Source of the DNA: Trueperaceae bacterium
GTDB taxonomy: Bacteria; Deinococcota; Deinococci; Deinococcales; Trueperaceae
Direction: 5' to 3'
NCBI GenBank assembly: GCA_965215565.1
Contig: CBDCDZ010000004.1
Location: 2,784,001-2,848,000 of the forward strand
DNA length: 64,000 bases
Under the pieces are notes generated by a model, which saw nothing but the letters and a program-made list of their open reading frames with translations, was not told where the DNA came from and did no database searches. The position numbers and the translations under genes were made by a program. This document shows, piece by piece, positions 10,193-20,152 of the stretch. The stretch's first letter is position 1. Each line of letters opens with the position of its first letter.

Positions 10193-11311
10193 ATGAAAGT
10201 GCCCCGCGAAGCGGGTATACCTGCTATAAAAGGCGAACTGACTAAAGGTTCTGTCATGGATGTCTGCCAGCTTATCGCGACGGGGCAGAAGTCCGGCATC
10301 TTAACAGTTAAACAGCCTTACGCTAGAGCGAGGGTGCATTTCGAGATGGGGCGCGTGCAGTTTGCCCACCTCGTCCCCGGCGTGCACTTGGGTGAAGTCT
10401 TAGTGCGCATGAACCTCTTAACGGTGCAAGAGGTTCAGCGTGCGGCGCGGTGCGAAGGTTACGAGGGCGATATTAATAGCAGTAGCTTAGGGCTCAACGC
10501 CTTGCGGCTGAGACTTTTAGACGACGCCGAACTGCAACGCGCCCTAGCAGCGCAGATGATCGAGGTCTTCATCGAACTCATCACCTGGAAGTCGTGCACC
10601 TTCTCCTTCGAGGAGCGCTCACTCTTAGCCTCGCAGGTGCTGACCACCGACTCCACCGACATTATGCAGCTCTTTATGGAGATCACCGGGCGACTCGGCG
10701 ACTGGACTACGGAGCGCGTGAGCGAGAAAGCTGTTTTTGATAAGGCGAGCGATCCGACGAAGCTGGGGCTCTCCGAGTGGGATTGGGAGGTGCTCGGTTA
10801 TGTGGACGGTTCTCGGAGCGCGGCGAGCATTGCCGCCGAGGTGGAGCTACCCGAGCGGCAGGTGTACCATCTGCTCTATAAGTTGGAAAAAGCTGGCGCG
10901 GTCCGTCCCGACGAAGCCGAGGCGCAGCCGCCCTCTGTACTGCTCTTTTCAGCGGACAACCTCACGGGGCGCTTGATGCGCTTAGCGTTGCGCCGCGTCG
11001 CGCTCAAAACCTATTTTGTTCAGTCGACGAGCCCTGAGCGTGGTCTCGTAGCGGTGCAAGAGCGCCGCCCTAAAGCGCTCGTTCTGTATGACGGGGGCGA
11101 CGCCAAGGGTGGGGCGGCGAGTGCGTGGCCGCTCGTGCGTGCGCTCCGTCAGCACCCTGGCCTAAAGCATCTACCCGCTGTGGTGCTGAGCGGCGATGAC
11201 AACGGATTCATGCAGCGTCTACGCCGCCCTAAAGCGACGGTATTAGAGAATCCTTTTACCGAACTCGAGCTGCAACAAACCGTTATGCGTCTGCTCGGAC
11301 GTTCACTATAG
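10193..11311 (+). CDS. DUF4388 (PatA-N-like) protein with HTH and degenerate receiver domain
   Basis: KGEL...QLIATGQKSGIL N-terminus; C-terminal REC-like region (PAVVLS...NPF). Confidence 0.7.
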   Translation: MKVPREAGIPAIKGELTKGSVMDVCQLIATGQKSGILTVKQPYARARVHFEMGRVQFAHLVPGVHLGEVLVRMNLLTVQEVQRAARCEGYEGDINSSSLGLNALRLRLLDDAELQRALAAQMIEVFIELITWKSCTFSFEERSLLASQVLTTDSTDIMQLFMEITGRLGDWTTERVSEKAVFDKASDPTKLGLSEWDWEVLGYVDGSRSAASIAAEVELPERQVYHLLYKLEKAGAVRPDEAEAQPPSVLLFSADNLTGRLMRLALRRVALKTYFVQSTSPERGLVAVQERRPKALVLYDGGDAKGGAASAWPLVRALRQHPGLKHLPAVVLSGDDNGFMQRLRRPKATVLENPFTELELQQTVMRLLGRSL

Positions 11312-11317
11312 CTTTGG

Positions 11318-11494
11318 TAGCAGGTTACTTCGTATAGCTTCGCTCAATCATCTGGTTTGAGTGAACGAAGTTATGCGAAGCAACACGCTCACTGTAGGAA
11401 ACGCCGCTCAGCACGTACGTTCAGAGATGAAATTCTGTTACAGCGAAGCTGTGAAATCTGCGTTCATTTGTCTCAGTATGTTGTGGAACTGCTC
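11318..11494 (-). mobile_element. MITE-like dispersed repeat, copy A
   Basis: Reverse complement reads GCAGTTCCACAACATACTGAGAC...CGTACGTGCT...TACAGTGAG...GTTCACTCAAACCAGATGAT...CCTGCTA, matching copies at 26885, 53436, 56004. Confidence 0.7.
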
Positions 11495-12069
11495 TGGGAT
11501 GGACCCCAAGCCGCTTTTATACCAATTCAGCCAGAGAATGTCGCAGTCTGGCACTCGAGAAGCGGACTGGTGTCAGCAGTGCAATACTTCACATGCTTCC
11601 GTCACCCTTTTTCGGGAAGGGGAAGGGCACTCTCCTCGAACAGCTAACTTAGTTGTCCCAACAGTAACCCAACCTGAAGTAATGAGGTGGAGCGGGGTTA
11701 GGGGCGTCGTTGCGAACCTTTAGCCAAACACTTACATATGGTGGAGAGGTGGACGCAATCTCTCCAACCTCGCAATTTTTGCCCCTCTTTAGCTTTCTCA
11801 TTCATACCTATATACCTTACAGTTCGCATGAAATTCCCTTAACCGTCACCTTTTGCAGCTTGCAAGGGCTATGAGAAAAGTGTTACGCTCATGTCATCAA
11901 ACGACGATAAGCAGGCGTGCGCCCTGCTCAAAACTCAATGACCAGCTAAGTTGAACGCTGCCAACAGCTCAGCGGTTCAACACGTCCAACGCTGTACCTG
12001 AGCACGCTTTAGTTAAGCACCGAGGGCTGTCTGCTATAGTCGCTTTGAAGTCAAAGAAAGAGGTGAACG

Positions 12070-13365
12070 ATGAAGAAAGTTTTGTTAGCCCTTCTCTCGC
12101 TAGGTCTGCTTTTCGGCACGGCCCAAGCGCAAACCATCCGCGTGGCGGGTGGCTCGGTAGGTCAAGAGCTAGAACTCAGTCGTCAGCTCGCGCAGATGTA
12201 CATGGAGCAAAACCCGGACGTCACCGTAGAGATCATTCAGACGCCGGACTCCACCGACGACCGCTTTGCGCAGTACTTGCAGATTTTCGAAGCGCAGTCG
12301 CCCGACATTGACGTGATGCAGCTCGACATCATCTGGCCCGGTCAGCTTGCAGAACACCTCGTCAACCTCTACGACTACGAGGGCGTACAAGAAATCGCCG
12401 ACCAGCACTTCCCCGCTATTGTCGAGGCGAACACGGTAAACGATCAACTCGTCGCCATTCCTTGGTTTACAGACGCGGGCATCCTCTACTACCGCACGGA
12501 CCTCTTGGAGGAGTACGGCTTCGACGGTCCGCCCCAAACCTGGACCGAGTTAGAGGAGATGTCGAATACCATTCAAGAGGGCGAGCGCCAAGATAATCCC
12601 GACTTCAGCGCCTTTGTGTGGCAGGGCAATTCGTACGAGGGCCTCACCTGCGACGCTTTAGAGTGGGTCTACTCAGTCGGTGGCGGCAGCATCATCAGCC
12701 CCGACCAGGTTATCACCATCGATAACCCCGCTGCGGCAGACATTATTAGCCGCGCCTCCGAGTGGGTCGGCACCATCTCGCCAACAGGTGTCACCGGCTT
12801 CGCCGAGGAAGACGCGCGCAACTTCTTCCAGGCTGGCAACGCCGCCTTTATGCGCAACTGGCCCTACGCTTACAGCATTATGAACGCCGACGACAGCCCC
12901 ATCGCAGGTAACTTCGACGTGGCTACTTTACCCGCAGGTGAGAACGGTCAGTCTGCCGCGACCTTAGGCGGCTGGAACTTGGGCGTTTCGCGCTACAGCA
13001 CCAATGTTGAAGCCGCTGTAGACGTCGCCAAGTTCTTCACTTCAGAAGACGCGCAAAAGCTTCGTGCGATTGAGGGTTCGTTCAACCCCACAATTCCTAC
13101 GCTCTACGAAGACCAAGAGGTCTTAGAAGCCGTACCTTTCTTCGGTAGCCTCTTAGACGTCTTCACGAACGCCGTGGCGCGTCCTTCGGCTCCTACGGGC
13201 GACCAATACAACGAAGTCTCCCGCCAGTTCTTCACCGCTGTCCACAACGTTTTAACCGGCAACGAAGAGGCGGATGTGGCGTTGGAACTCCTCGCGCTCG
13301 ACCTGCAAGACCTGACAGGGTTTGAGACGGGCGATCCGCAGACTGAAACTAGCTCAGCGCAGTAA
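12070..13365 (+). CDS. Sugar ABC transporter substrate-binding protein (trehalose/maltose type)
   Basis: Signal peptide, DIIWPG, LYYRTDLL, YEGLTCD, FMRNWPYA, LGGW; GAGG SD. Confidence 0.92.
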   Translation: MKKVLLALLSLGLLFGTAQAQTIRVAGGSVGQELELSRQLAQMYMEQNPDVTVEIIQTPDSTDDRFAQYLQIFEAQSPDIDVMQLDIIWPGQLAEHLVNLYDYEGVQEIADQHFPAIVEANTVNDQLVAIPWFTDAGILYYRTDLLEEYGFDGPPQTWTELEEMSNTIQEGERQDNPDFSAFVWQGNSYEGLTCDALEWVYSVGGGSIISPDQVITIDNPAAADIISRASEWVGTISPTGVTGFAEEDARNFFQAGNAAFMRNWPYAYSIMNADDSPIAGNFDVATLPAGENGQSAATLGGWNLGVSRYSTNVEAAVDVAKFFTSEDAQKLRAIEGSFNPTIPTLYEDQEVLEAVPFFGSLLDVFTNAVARPSAPTGDQYNEVSRQFFTAVHNVLTGNEEADVALELLALDLQDLTGFETGDPQTETSSAQ

Positions 13366-13401
13366 AGGCGTATACAGCGTGGTGAATTAAACGCTTTTGA
13401 G

Positions 13402-13439
13402 AACCGAACTGAGTGCAACGCTCAGTTCGGTTTGTTTTT
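13402..13439 (+). terminator. Hairpin plus T-tract after binding-protein gene
   Basis: AACCGAACTGAG-N7-CTCAGTTCGGTT followed by TGTTTTT. Confidence 0.7.
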
Positions 13440-13480
13440 AGAGATAAGATGAGCTTTATCTAAATCAAGGAGGTATTTTC

Positions 13481-14590
13481 GTGGCTGAACAAGTAACGGT
13501 TGTAAAGCAGCCTAAGTCCAAGGACGGAACTTCGGAGTTAGCCAAGCGTGAAGAGCGCACGGCGTTCTGGCTGCTCGTCCCGACCTTTATCGTGTTGCTT
13601 TTAATCGGCATTTATCCGCTAGGTCAGGTGTTCGTCTCGAGCTTCACCAATCAGCGCTTCGCCGCGGGGGATAGCGCCCAGGGCGAGTTCGTCGGGTTTC
13701 AGAATTACAGCGATCTGCTCTCCGTGACCTTTCGCCAAGTTCCCGCTGAGACAAACGATGCGGGCGAGGTTGTAACGGATGAAGACGGCAACACGGAATT
13801 TGTCAATGAGCGTATCTATCTGCGCCGCCTTGACACCAACCGCCGCTACGACGCAGTAGGCGCGTTCAACCTCTTCGGCAACCGCTACGTGCTGGGTGCC
13901 ACGAACGCCGCCTTTATCCGCGCGACGTGGGACACGATCGTGTTCACGGTAGGCTCAGTTTTCTTCGAGACGGTACTAGGGATGATCATTGCGCTCGCGC
14001 TGTCGGTAAAGTTTATCGGACAGGGCATCATGAGAGCGGCGATGCTCGTGCCTTGGGCGGTTATTACCGTCGTTTCGGCGCGCATCTGGGAATGGATGCT
14101 CCAGTCCACGCGGGCAGGCTTTTTCAACGCCTTCTTTCAAGATATGGGTTGGACAGAGCGCAACATCGGCTTTTTCCAGGACGCCACCTGGCAAATTCCC
14201 AGCATGATCGCGATGGATGTGTGGAAAACAACGCCTTTTATGGCGCTTCTGCTCTTGGCGGGTCTCGCCACTATCCCCAAAGAACTCTACGAAGCGGCTA
14301 AAGTGGACGGCGCAAGCCCGATTCGACAGTTTTTCTCCATTACACTGCCACTTGTAGCGCCGACGCTCGCCGTTGCGCTTATCTTCCGCACGCTAGACGC
14401 CCTCCGGGTCTTCGACGCCTTCCAGGTGGTGCTCGGGCGGCAGCGCTACTCGATGGCGAGTTACGCTCAGGATGTGCTTATCAATCAGCAGCAAGTCGGG
14501 CTTTCGTCGGCGGCGAGCGTGGTGATCTTCGTTATCATCTTCGGGTTTGCCATTGCCTACACCCGCGCGTTTGGAGTTGAAGACTCATGA
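13481..14590 (+). CDS. Sugar ABC transporter permease (MalF-like)
   Basis: WKTTPF, EAAKVDGA; large extracytoplasmic insertion. Confidence 0.92.
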   Translation: MAEQVTVVKQPKSKDGTSELAKREERTAFWLLVPTFIVLLLIGIYPLGQVFVSSFTNQRFAAGDSAQGEFVGFQNYSDLLSVTFRQVPAETNDAGEVVTDEDGNTEFVNERIYLRRLDTNRRYDAVGAFNLFGNRYVLGATNAAFIRATWDTIVFTVGSVFFETVLGMIIALALSVKFIGQGIMRAAMLVPWAVITVVSARIWEWMLQSTRAGFFNAFFQDMGWTERNIGFFQDATWQIPSMIAMDVWKTTPFMALLLLAGLATIPKELYEAAKVDGASPIRQFFSITLPLVAPTLAVALIFRTLDALRVFDAFQVVLGRQRYSMASYAQDVLINQQQVGLSSAASVVIFVIIFGFAIAYTRAFGVEDS

Positions 14591-15432
14591 GTAAGGAAAC
14601 CCGCAAAGTCATCGGTAGCATCTTTTTCTGGCTGCTCATCTTGATCATCTTCGTCTACCTGATGTTCCCCTTCTATTGGGCTACGATTTCGGCTCTAAAA
14701 CCGGAGAGCGAACTGATTCGCACCCCTACGACGTACTACCCACACAACCCGACCTTGCAAAACTTTCAGGCGGTCTTACAGAGTGGCGACTTTTTACGTG
14801 GGCTCCTCAACAGCACGATTGTCGCCTTCTCCGTTACCGTTCTAAGTCTTCTTGTCGGCTCCTTTGCGGGCTACGCTTTGGGCAAGATGCGCTTTCGCGG
14901 TAAGTCGCCCTCCTTGTACATCATCTTGGCGATGACCATGTTTCCGCAGATCGCGGTATTAGCGGGGCTTTACGCGGTGATTCGCCTCCTTTCGCTGCCA
15001 CCAATTTTCAGTATGATCTTGTCTTATATGCTCTTTACGCTGCCCTTCACGGTCTGGGTTTTGACCTCGTTCTTTAGGGGGCTACCTGACTCGCTCCTGC
15101 AAGCGGCGCAGGTCGACGGGGCGAATATGATGCAGACCTTCTGGCGCGTGCTCTTGCCGCTGACGGCTCCTGCGCTCGTCACGACGGGGCTCTTAGCCTT
15201 TATCCAGGCGTGGAACGAGTACCTCTTTGCACTGACGTTCACGGTGACGTCGCCCGAGTCACGAACGGTGCCCGTCGCCATCGCACTCTTTTCAGGGGAG
15301 GTCTCGCGTCAGGAGCCCTTCGGTGAGATCATGGCAGCGGCGGTGATCGTAACCATTCCGCTCGTCGCCTTGGTGCTCATCTTCCAGGGACGCATCGTGG
15401 ATGGGCTTACGGCGGGGGCGGTTAAAGGCTGA
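14587..15432 (+). CDS. Sugar ABC transporter permease (MalG-like)
   Basis: QAAQVDGA EAA-like motif, AWNEY, C-terminal GLTAGAVKG; ATGA overlap. Confidence 0.92.
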   Translation: MSKETRKVIGSIFFWLLILIIFVYLMFPFYWATISALKPESELIRTPTTYYPHNPTLQNFQAVLQSGDFLRGLLNSTIVAFSVTVLSLLVGSFAGYALGKMRFRGKSPSLYIILAMTMFPQIAVLAGLYAVIRLLSLPPIFSMILSYMLFTLPFTVWVLTSFFRGLPDSLLQAAQVDGANMMQTFWRVLLPLTAPALVTTGLLAFIQAWNEYLFALTFTVTSPESRTVPVAIALFSGEVSRQEPFGEIMAAAVIVTIPLVALVLIFQGRIVDGLTAGAVKG

Positions 15433-15463
15433 GCATCTGCTTGCTCGAGTCTAAACAGTTTAG

Positions 15464-15495
15464 AAAAGGAGAGGTGCGTCACCTCTCCTTTTTTT
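15464..15495 (+). terminator. Intrinsic terminator
   Basis: AAAAGGAGAGGTG-CGT-CACCTCTCCTTTTTTT. Confidence 0.75.
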
Positions 15496-15508
15496 GGTAC
15501 AAAAAGGG

Positions 15509-17140
15509 ATGTCTCATTCAACCTATCACCGCTGGTGGCAGACCGGCATCATCTACCAAATCTACCCGCGCTCCTTTCAAGACAGCAATGACGACGGCGT
15601 CGGCGACTTGAAGGGCATTCAGAAGAGGTTGGACTACCTTCAGTCTTTGGGCGTCGACGCCATCTGGCTCTCGCCCATCTATCCTTCGCCCATGTACGAT
15701 TTTGGCTACGATGTGGCGGACTACGTGGGCATCCACCCGCTTTTCGGCACGATGGAGGACTTCGACGCGCTCTTGGGCGAGGTGCATGAGCGCGGGCTCA
15801 AGCTGATCTTAGACCTGGTTCCGAACCACACCTCGACCGAACACGCTTGGTTTCAGGAGTCGCGGCAAAGTCGGGATAACGCTCGGTCCGACTGGTACAT
15901 CTGGCGCGACGCGGCTCCCGGCGGCGGACCCCCTAACAACTGGTTATCTTGCTTCGGCGGGCCCGCTTGGACCTTCGATGAGGCGAGAGGACAGTACTAC
16001 CTCCACAGCTTCGAAACCAGGCAGCCCGACCTCAACTACCACAACCCCGAGGTGGAGAGCGCCCTCTTCGAGACGATGCAGTTCTGGCTCGGTAAGGGTG
16101 TGGACGGCTTTCGGGTGGACGTCATCGAGTTCATGCTGCAAGACCCGCATCTGCGCGATGAGCCCGAAAACAAGATATGGGACGGCGTCGAGCCTTACGG
16201 TAAGCTCAACCACATCTATTCGCGCAACCAACCCGAAGTGCACACGCTCATCAAAAAAATGCGGCGCGTGGTGGACAGCTATAGCGCGCCGGGGCGGGAG
16301 CGCGTGCTGATCGGCGAGATGTTCATCTTCGACGAGACGCTGATGGCGTACTACGGTCTTGCCGACGAATGTCACCTCCCCTTCAACTTCAACTTCATCT
16401 ATAACGACTGGAGCGCGCCCACTGCGCGCCGCATTGTAGAGCGCTACGAGGCGTATCTGCCGCCCGGCGCGTGGCCCAACTACGTGCTGGGCAACCACGA
16501 TCAGCACCGCGTGGCGACGCGAATCGGGTGCGAGCAGGCGAGGGTGGCGCAAACTCTGCTGCTCACGCTGCACGGCACGCCCTTCGTCTACTACGGCGAA
16601 GAGATCGGGATGCACGACGTGGACATCCCCGCTGACAAGGTCAAAGACCCGCCCGCCGTAAATCAGCCCGAAGTGGCGCACCTCTTGGGGCGCGACCCCG
16701 AGCGCACGCCGATGCAGTGGGACGCTTCGCCGAACGCGGGCTTTACGGGCGAAGAGGTGGAGCCGTGGCTGCCGCTCGCGGATGACTTTGTGGAGAACAA
16801 CGTTCAAGCGCAGGCGGATGATGACACGTCGATGCTCTCGCTTTTTAAGAAGTTGACCCAACTTCGAAAGCGTGAACCTGCCCTTAGCATCGGCAGTTAC
16901 GAAGAGGTCGCAGTAGGTGAAGCGGACGGTGACGTGTTTGCCTACCTGCGCTCTGCAAAGGATGCCGATAGCTTTTTAGTGGTGCTGAATCTGAGCGGCA
17001 ACGCGCATACGCTCGAGCTACCCCACTTTCCCCCAAAAGCTGAGATTGCCGTCTCGAGCCACATGACCCGCGCCAAAGAGATTAATTTAAGCAACTTAGA
17101 GCTTGCCGCCCATGAAGGGTTGGTTGTGCGCCTGCGGTAG
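15509..17140 (+). CDS. GH13 alpha-glucosidase / oligo-1,6-glucosidase
   Basis: YQIYPRSF, DLVPNH, QPDLN, DGFRVD, LIGE, NHD, GRDPERTPMQW. Confidence 0.93.
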   Translation: MSHSTYHRWWQTGIIYQIYPRSFQDSNDDGVGDLKGIQKRLDYLQSLGVDAIWLSPIYPSPMYDFGYDVADYVGIHPLFGTMEDFDALLGEVHERGLKLILDLVPNHTSTEHAWFQESRQSRDNARSDWYIWRDAAPGGGPPNNWLSCFGGPAWTFDEARGQYYLHSFETRQPDLNYHNPEVESALFETMQFWLGKGVDGFRVDVIEFMLQDPHLRDEPENKIWDGVEPYGKLNHIYSRNQPEVHTLIKKMRRVVDSYSAPGRERVLIGEMFIFDETLMAYYGLADECHLPFNFNFIYNDWSAPTARRIVERYEAYLPPGAWPNYVLGNHDQHRVATRIGCEQARVAQTLLLTLHGTPFVYYGEEIGMHDVDIPADKVKDPPAVNQPEVAHLLGRDPERTPMQWDASPNAGFTGEEVEPWLPLADDFVENNVQAQADDDTSMLSLFKKLTQLRKREPALSIGSYEEVAVGEADGDVFAYLRSAKDADSFLVVLNLSGNAHTLELPHFPPKAEIAVSSHMTRAKEINLSNLELAAHEGLVVRLR

Positions 17141-17146
17141 ACGTAA

Positions 17147-17182
17147 AAAGGACTCGAGGATTGACTCGAGCCCTTCTCTTTT
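17147..17182. terminator. Hairpin between convergent genes built from two CTCGAG sites
   Basis: AAGGACTCGAG-GATTGA-CTCGAGCCCTT with flanking A/T tracts. Confidence 0.55.
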
Positions 17183-17195
17183 AGCGGTAAGAGAT

Positions 17196-18863
17196 TTAAG
17201 ACGGACCCGCGATGCGCCAGAAGGTATTGGGGTTATCAATATCTGCGCTGACACTGCCCTTACCGTGGAAGTAGTCGTCGTAGTTAGCGTATCTGCTGTT
17301 CGAAACTGGACCCATCACTGCCCATATAACGGAGCTTGGTTGCACCTCTGTTGCAGTTGCCACCCACGCTTGGCGTACCTTCTGGGGCTTTTTGTCTGGG
17401 AACCAACTTATTTTCTTGCCCAACATCTTTTCAGCCAACAGACGCCCTTCGGTTTGATTGTCGAAGCTAACGTTAGCGTAGGCGAGCATCTGGTGGAGTC
17501 CCTTGAACGCGGGCCCCCAACGTTGCGCGAAATTCTTGCCGCCGGAGGTGTGTTGGAGGGGTCCGCAAGCTGCCACGACGAGCCACTCTAAGTCGCGGTT
17601 GCCCCATTTTGCGTCGTTGTAGTGCAAGAAGCCGTCGTCGTTAGTGCCTTCAAAGGTAAAGCCGTCGCCGTCTGCGTGACCCGTGTAGAAGACCATGTCC
17701 ACATCGTCTACATAGGCGTTGTCGGCACCTCCCTTACTTGGGTCTTTGAAATCGCGTTCCCAAGCGGCAGCGTCGCCAAAGTGAAACTGGACCGGGATGC
17801 CCGCGCCGCTCATCGTGTCGCGGAAGCCGCCTGCGTTGTTCTGGGAGCCGCCGAGTCCTTGCGATACGCCGATATATTCGACGCCAACATCCACACGTCC
17901 TAAGCGCTGGGTGCTGAGTGTTGGCGCTTGGCTGACCTCTCTACTATCGGCTGATTGTGCCGCTAACTCAGACTCGCCACGCGTCTCGCCTGTGCTGGCG
18001 TCGAGCATGACCGCCCTAAGTTGCGCGCCGTTTTTGAGCGTATAGTCTTCGCAGACGTAAGAGGGGGTGAGTTCTTCGCCGCTTTGGTCGGGTGAATCCA
18101 CATAGTAGGTGAGTTTCGGTGTACCTGGCAGCACGCCTTCGTTACTTGCATACGCCTCTTCACAAGCTTGCGCCGCTTCACTTGCGGACAAAACAGAGGT
18201 TTCACCGATGGGCTCGAGCCCATAAAGTCCGTAGTAAAGCTGCGTGACCTGACCTTCGGGGTTAAAAACCGCTTTGACCTTGCCGCCGGGTCCGCTCAGC
18301 GAAACGCCGCCTGCTTGCTCCAACCTCAGGTTAAAAAGCACATGCGTATCTACTTCGGTGTCAACGAGCGTTTTGCCTCCGGTGGTCTCTAAACTGAAGG
18401 TGCTTACGTCTGTATAAGGTTCTGCGTTTAAGCCCTCAACGATGGATTCGGGCAGCATCTCCGCGCTGTCTAACGCGCCGAGCACACGCTCCACTGCTTC
18501 GCCTGCATCAAAGGGTTTCACCTCTTGTAGCGCCTCAAAGTCAAACGCTTCAGTGACTACGCTGCCGCCATCTTCTGCGGACTCTTCCTGACCAACAACC
18601 TTGCTCGGCACCGCCATAAAGTTCTCTGTGTCAAGGTAGCTGATTGGCGCAAAGGGATCGGGTTCACCAATGTCTGCTTTGATGCCGAGTTCGTTCATAA
18701 GATGCTGAACTTGCTCGCTCTTGACGCCGTTCTCAGTGAGGCGAAAGACGGGGAGTTGCTCTAAGTCTTGCGTCGAGACTTCGCTCGGGGTTTGATTCAT
18801 GTCGGTGCAAGCCGCTAAGAGCAGGAAAGAGGTTGAGATTAAGCCGATATGTTTGCATTTCAT
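17196..18863 (-). CDS. Lipoprotein with C-terminal DUF6345-like domain (putative His-Cys peptidase fold)
   Basis: Start MKCKHIG with AAGGAG SD; lipobox LAAC; AWERDFKD, VDMVFYTGHA, WLVVAAC motifs. Confidence 0.7.
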   Translation of the reverse strand: MKCKHIGLISTSFLLLAACTDMNQTPSEVSTQDLEQLPVFRLTENGVKSEQVQHLMNELGIKADIGEPDPFAPISYLDTENFMAVPSKVVGQEESAEDGGSVVTEAFDFEALQEVKPFDAGEAVERVLGALDSAEMLPESIVEGLNAEPYTDVSTFSLETTGGKTLVDTEVDTHVLFNLRLEQAGGVSLSGPGGKVKAVFNPEGQVTQLYYGLYGLEPIGETSVLSASEAAQACEEAYASNEGVLPGTPKLTYYVDSPDQSGEELTPSYVCEDYTLKNGAQLRAVMLDASTGETRGESELAAQSADSREVSQAPTLSTQRLGRVDVGVEYIGVSQGLGGSQNNAGGFRDTMSGAGIPVQFHFGDAAAWERDFKDPSKGGADNAYVDDVDMVFYTGHADGDGFTFEGTNDDGFLHYNDAKWGNRDLEWLVVAACGPLQHTSGGKNFAQRWGPAFKGLHQMLAYANVSFDNQTEGRLLAEKMLGKKISWFPDKKPQKVRQAWVATATEVQPSSVIWAVMGPVSNSRYANYDDYFHGKGSVSADIDNPNTFWRIAGPS

Positions 18864-18968
18864 GGTCGTTCTCCTTGAATATTTGCGAGAGTTTTGGACG
18901 GGTGCCCACCTCGAGGCGTAGTAGAGGTGACGCAGTGGGCACATTCGGATATAAAGAGATTTTAGAGA

Positions 18969-19982
18969 TTAGTTGACAGGGATGGGAGTGGGACGAGCGT
19001 CAACGGGAACGGGGGTGGGTCTCGCCCTAAAGAAGACGGGCTGAGGGTCTTCGCTAAGGGTGCCGTGCTTTAACGCACCCTCGATATGCTCATTCATCAC
19101 TTCGTCTAAGAGGTCAGCGTGGACGGGTAAGACGCCAGCGTGCTCGAAGAGGGAAACCTGTACCTCTTCGCTAAAGAGAGATTCGGCGAGCATGGTGCCC
19201 ATCTCTTCACCAACTTTGGTATGAACGGCAACGTTAAGCCCTTGGATAACCGGCGCAACGCCTTCGCCTTGAAGCTGGGTGAGGTTGCCGAGACCCGCTT
19301 CTACTCTGTTGAGACCTGCGTTACCAGTGAAGATAACATCGACTTCGTGGAGATGCTGGATGGCTATATAGCGGTCAATATTCTCTTTTGCTCGCTGTAA
19401 GTGATAGCCCATGCAAGACCTGGAAGCAAAGCAGATAGGACTAACTGAAATGGTTGTTCCTTGACATCCTGCGGGATCACACGTCACTGAGCCTATTCGA
19501 ATGCTCGTATCGACTTCAAAAACTTCCGTAAATACATTGCCCAACTCCTGCTGACTCAACTCGCTCACTTCCTGTAGTGCTAAGTCGTAGCTCATAAGTG
19601 TTTCCGCAAACTCAGGTGTGATGTACGCGCCTTCAAAGTCCCAACCGACGACAGGGGAGAAGTCAACGGGGTCACACCAGCGCGGGTCGCACCAAGGGAT
19701 GGGCCAAGGGCGCGGGTTCCAGGGCCAAGGGTCAATCTCCGGGGGTAGCGGCGTGTAGGAAACTAAACCACCTCCCACTTCGTTATGAACTTCCAAGAGA
19801 TTATCCGGCTCGGTCAGGATAGTCTCGAAGCCCGCTGCACCTAGTCCTTCGGCAATCTGCTCGTTATCCGTGACGATGGGAACGTCTGAAAAACCGGCGG
19901 TGCTGAGTTCCGTCTCTGTGAGGTCGGTGCCGCACGCGCTCAAGAGGGCGATGAGACAGCCAATAAAAATGGTGCGTTTCAT
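18969..19982 (-). CDS. Uncharacterised lipoprotein with Pro/Trp/Cys-rich segment
   Basis: AAGGAG SD, lipobox LSAC, DPWPWNPRPWPIPWCDPRWCDP, C-terminal ARPTP(V/I)PV twice. Confidence 0.75.
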   Translation of the reverse strand: MKRTIFIGCLIALLSACGTDLTETELSTAGFSDVPIVTDNEQIAEGLGAAGFETILTEPDNLLEVHNEVGGGLVSYTPLPPEIDPWPWNPRPWPIPWCDPRWCDPVDFSPVVGWDFEGAYITPEFAETLMSYDLALQEVSELSQQELGNVFTEVFEVDTSIRIGSVTCDPAGCQGTTISVSPICFASRSCMGYHLQRAKENIDRYIAIQHLHEVDVIFTGNAGLNRVEAGLGNLTQLQGEGVAPVIQGLNVAVHTKVGEEMGTMLAESLFSEEVQVSLFEHAGVLPVHADLLDEVMNEHIEGALKHGTLSEDPQPVFFRARPTPVPVDARPTPIPVN

Positions 19983-20135
19983 GGGGTTGCTCCTTTGTCA
20001 AAGCTGAGTGTGTTTCGGGTGTAGGGCTGACGGGTCTGTTTAGTAGGCGTACGCTGGGCTGTTCACCTCACCCCTCCTCTCTTTCGTCCTGGTCGTTTGC
20101 TTGATTAGAACGATGAAAGGATGGTAGGCTGAGCG

Positions 20136-20152
20136 CGTCAACTTTTCGTCAA
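20136..20152 (-). promoter_or_regulatory. 11-bp-period direct repeat upstream of lipoprotein operon
   Basis: Minus strand TTGACG-AAAAG-TTGACG upstream of a TACCAT -10-like hexamer; SARP/BTAD-type spacing. Confidence 0.4.

Noticed and set aside
11357..11723. ORFs of 96 and 120 aa
   Set aside because: Overlap MITE copy A; no motifs or plausible start signals.
15944..16861. Long antisense ORF (305 aa) and similar shadow ORFs
   Set aside because: Opposite-strand shadows of well-supported high-GC genes.
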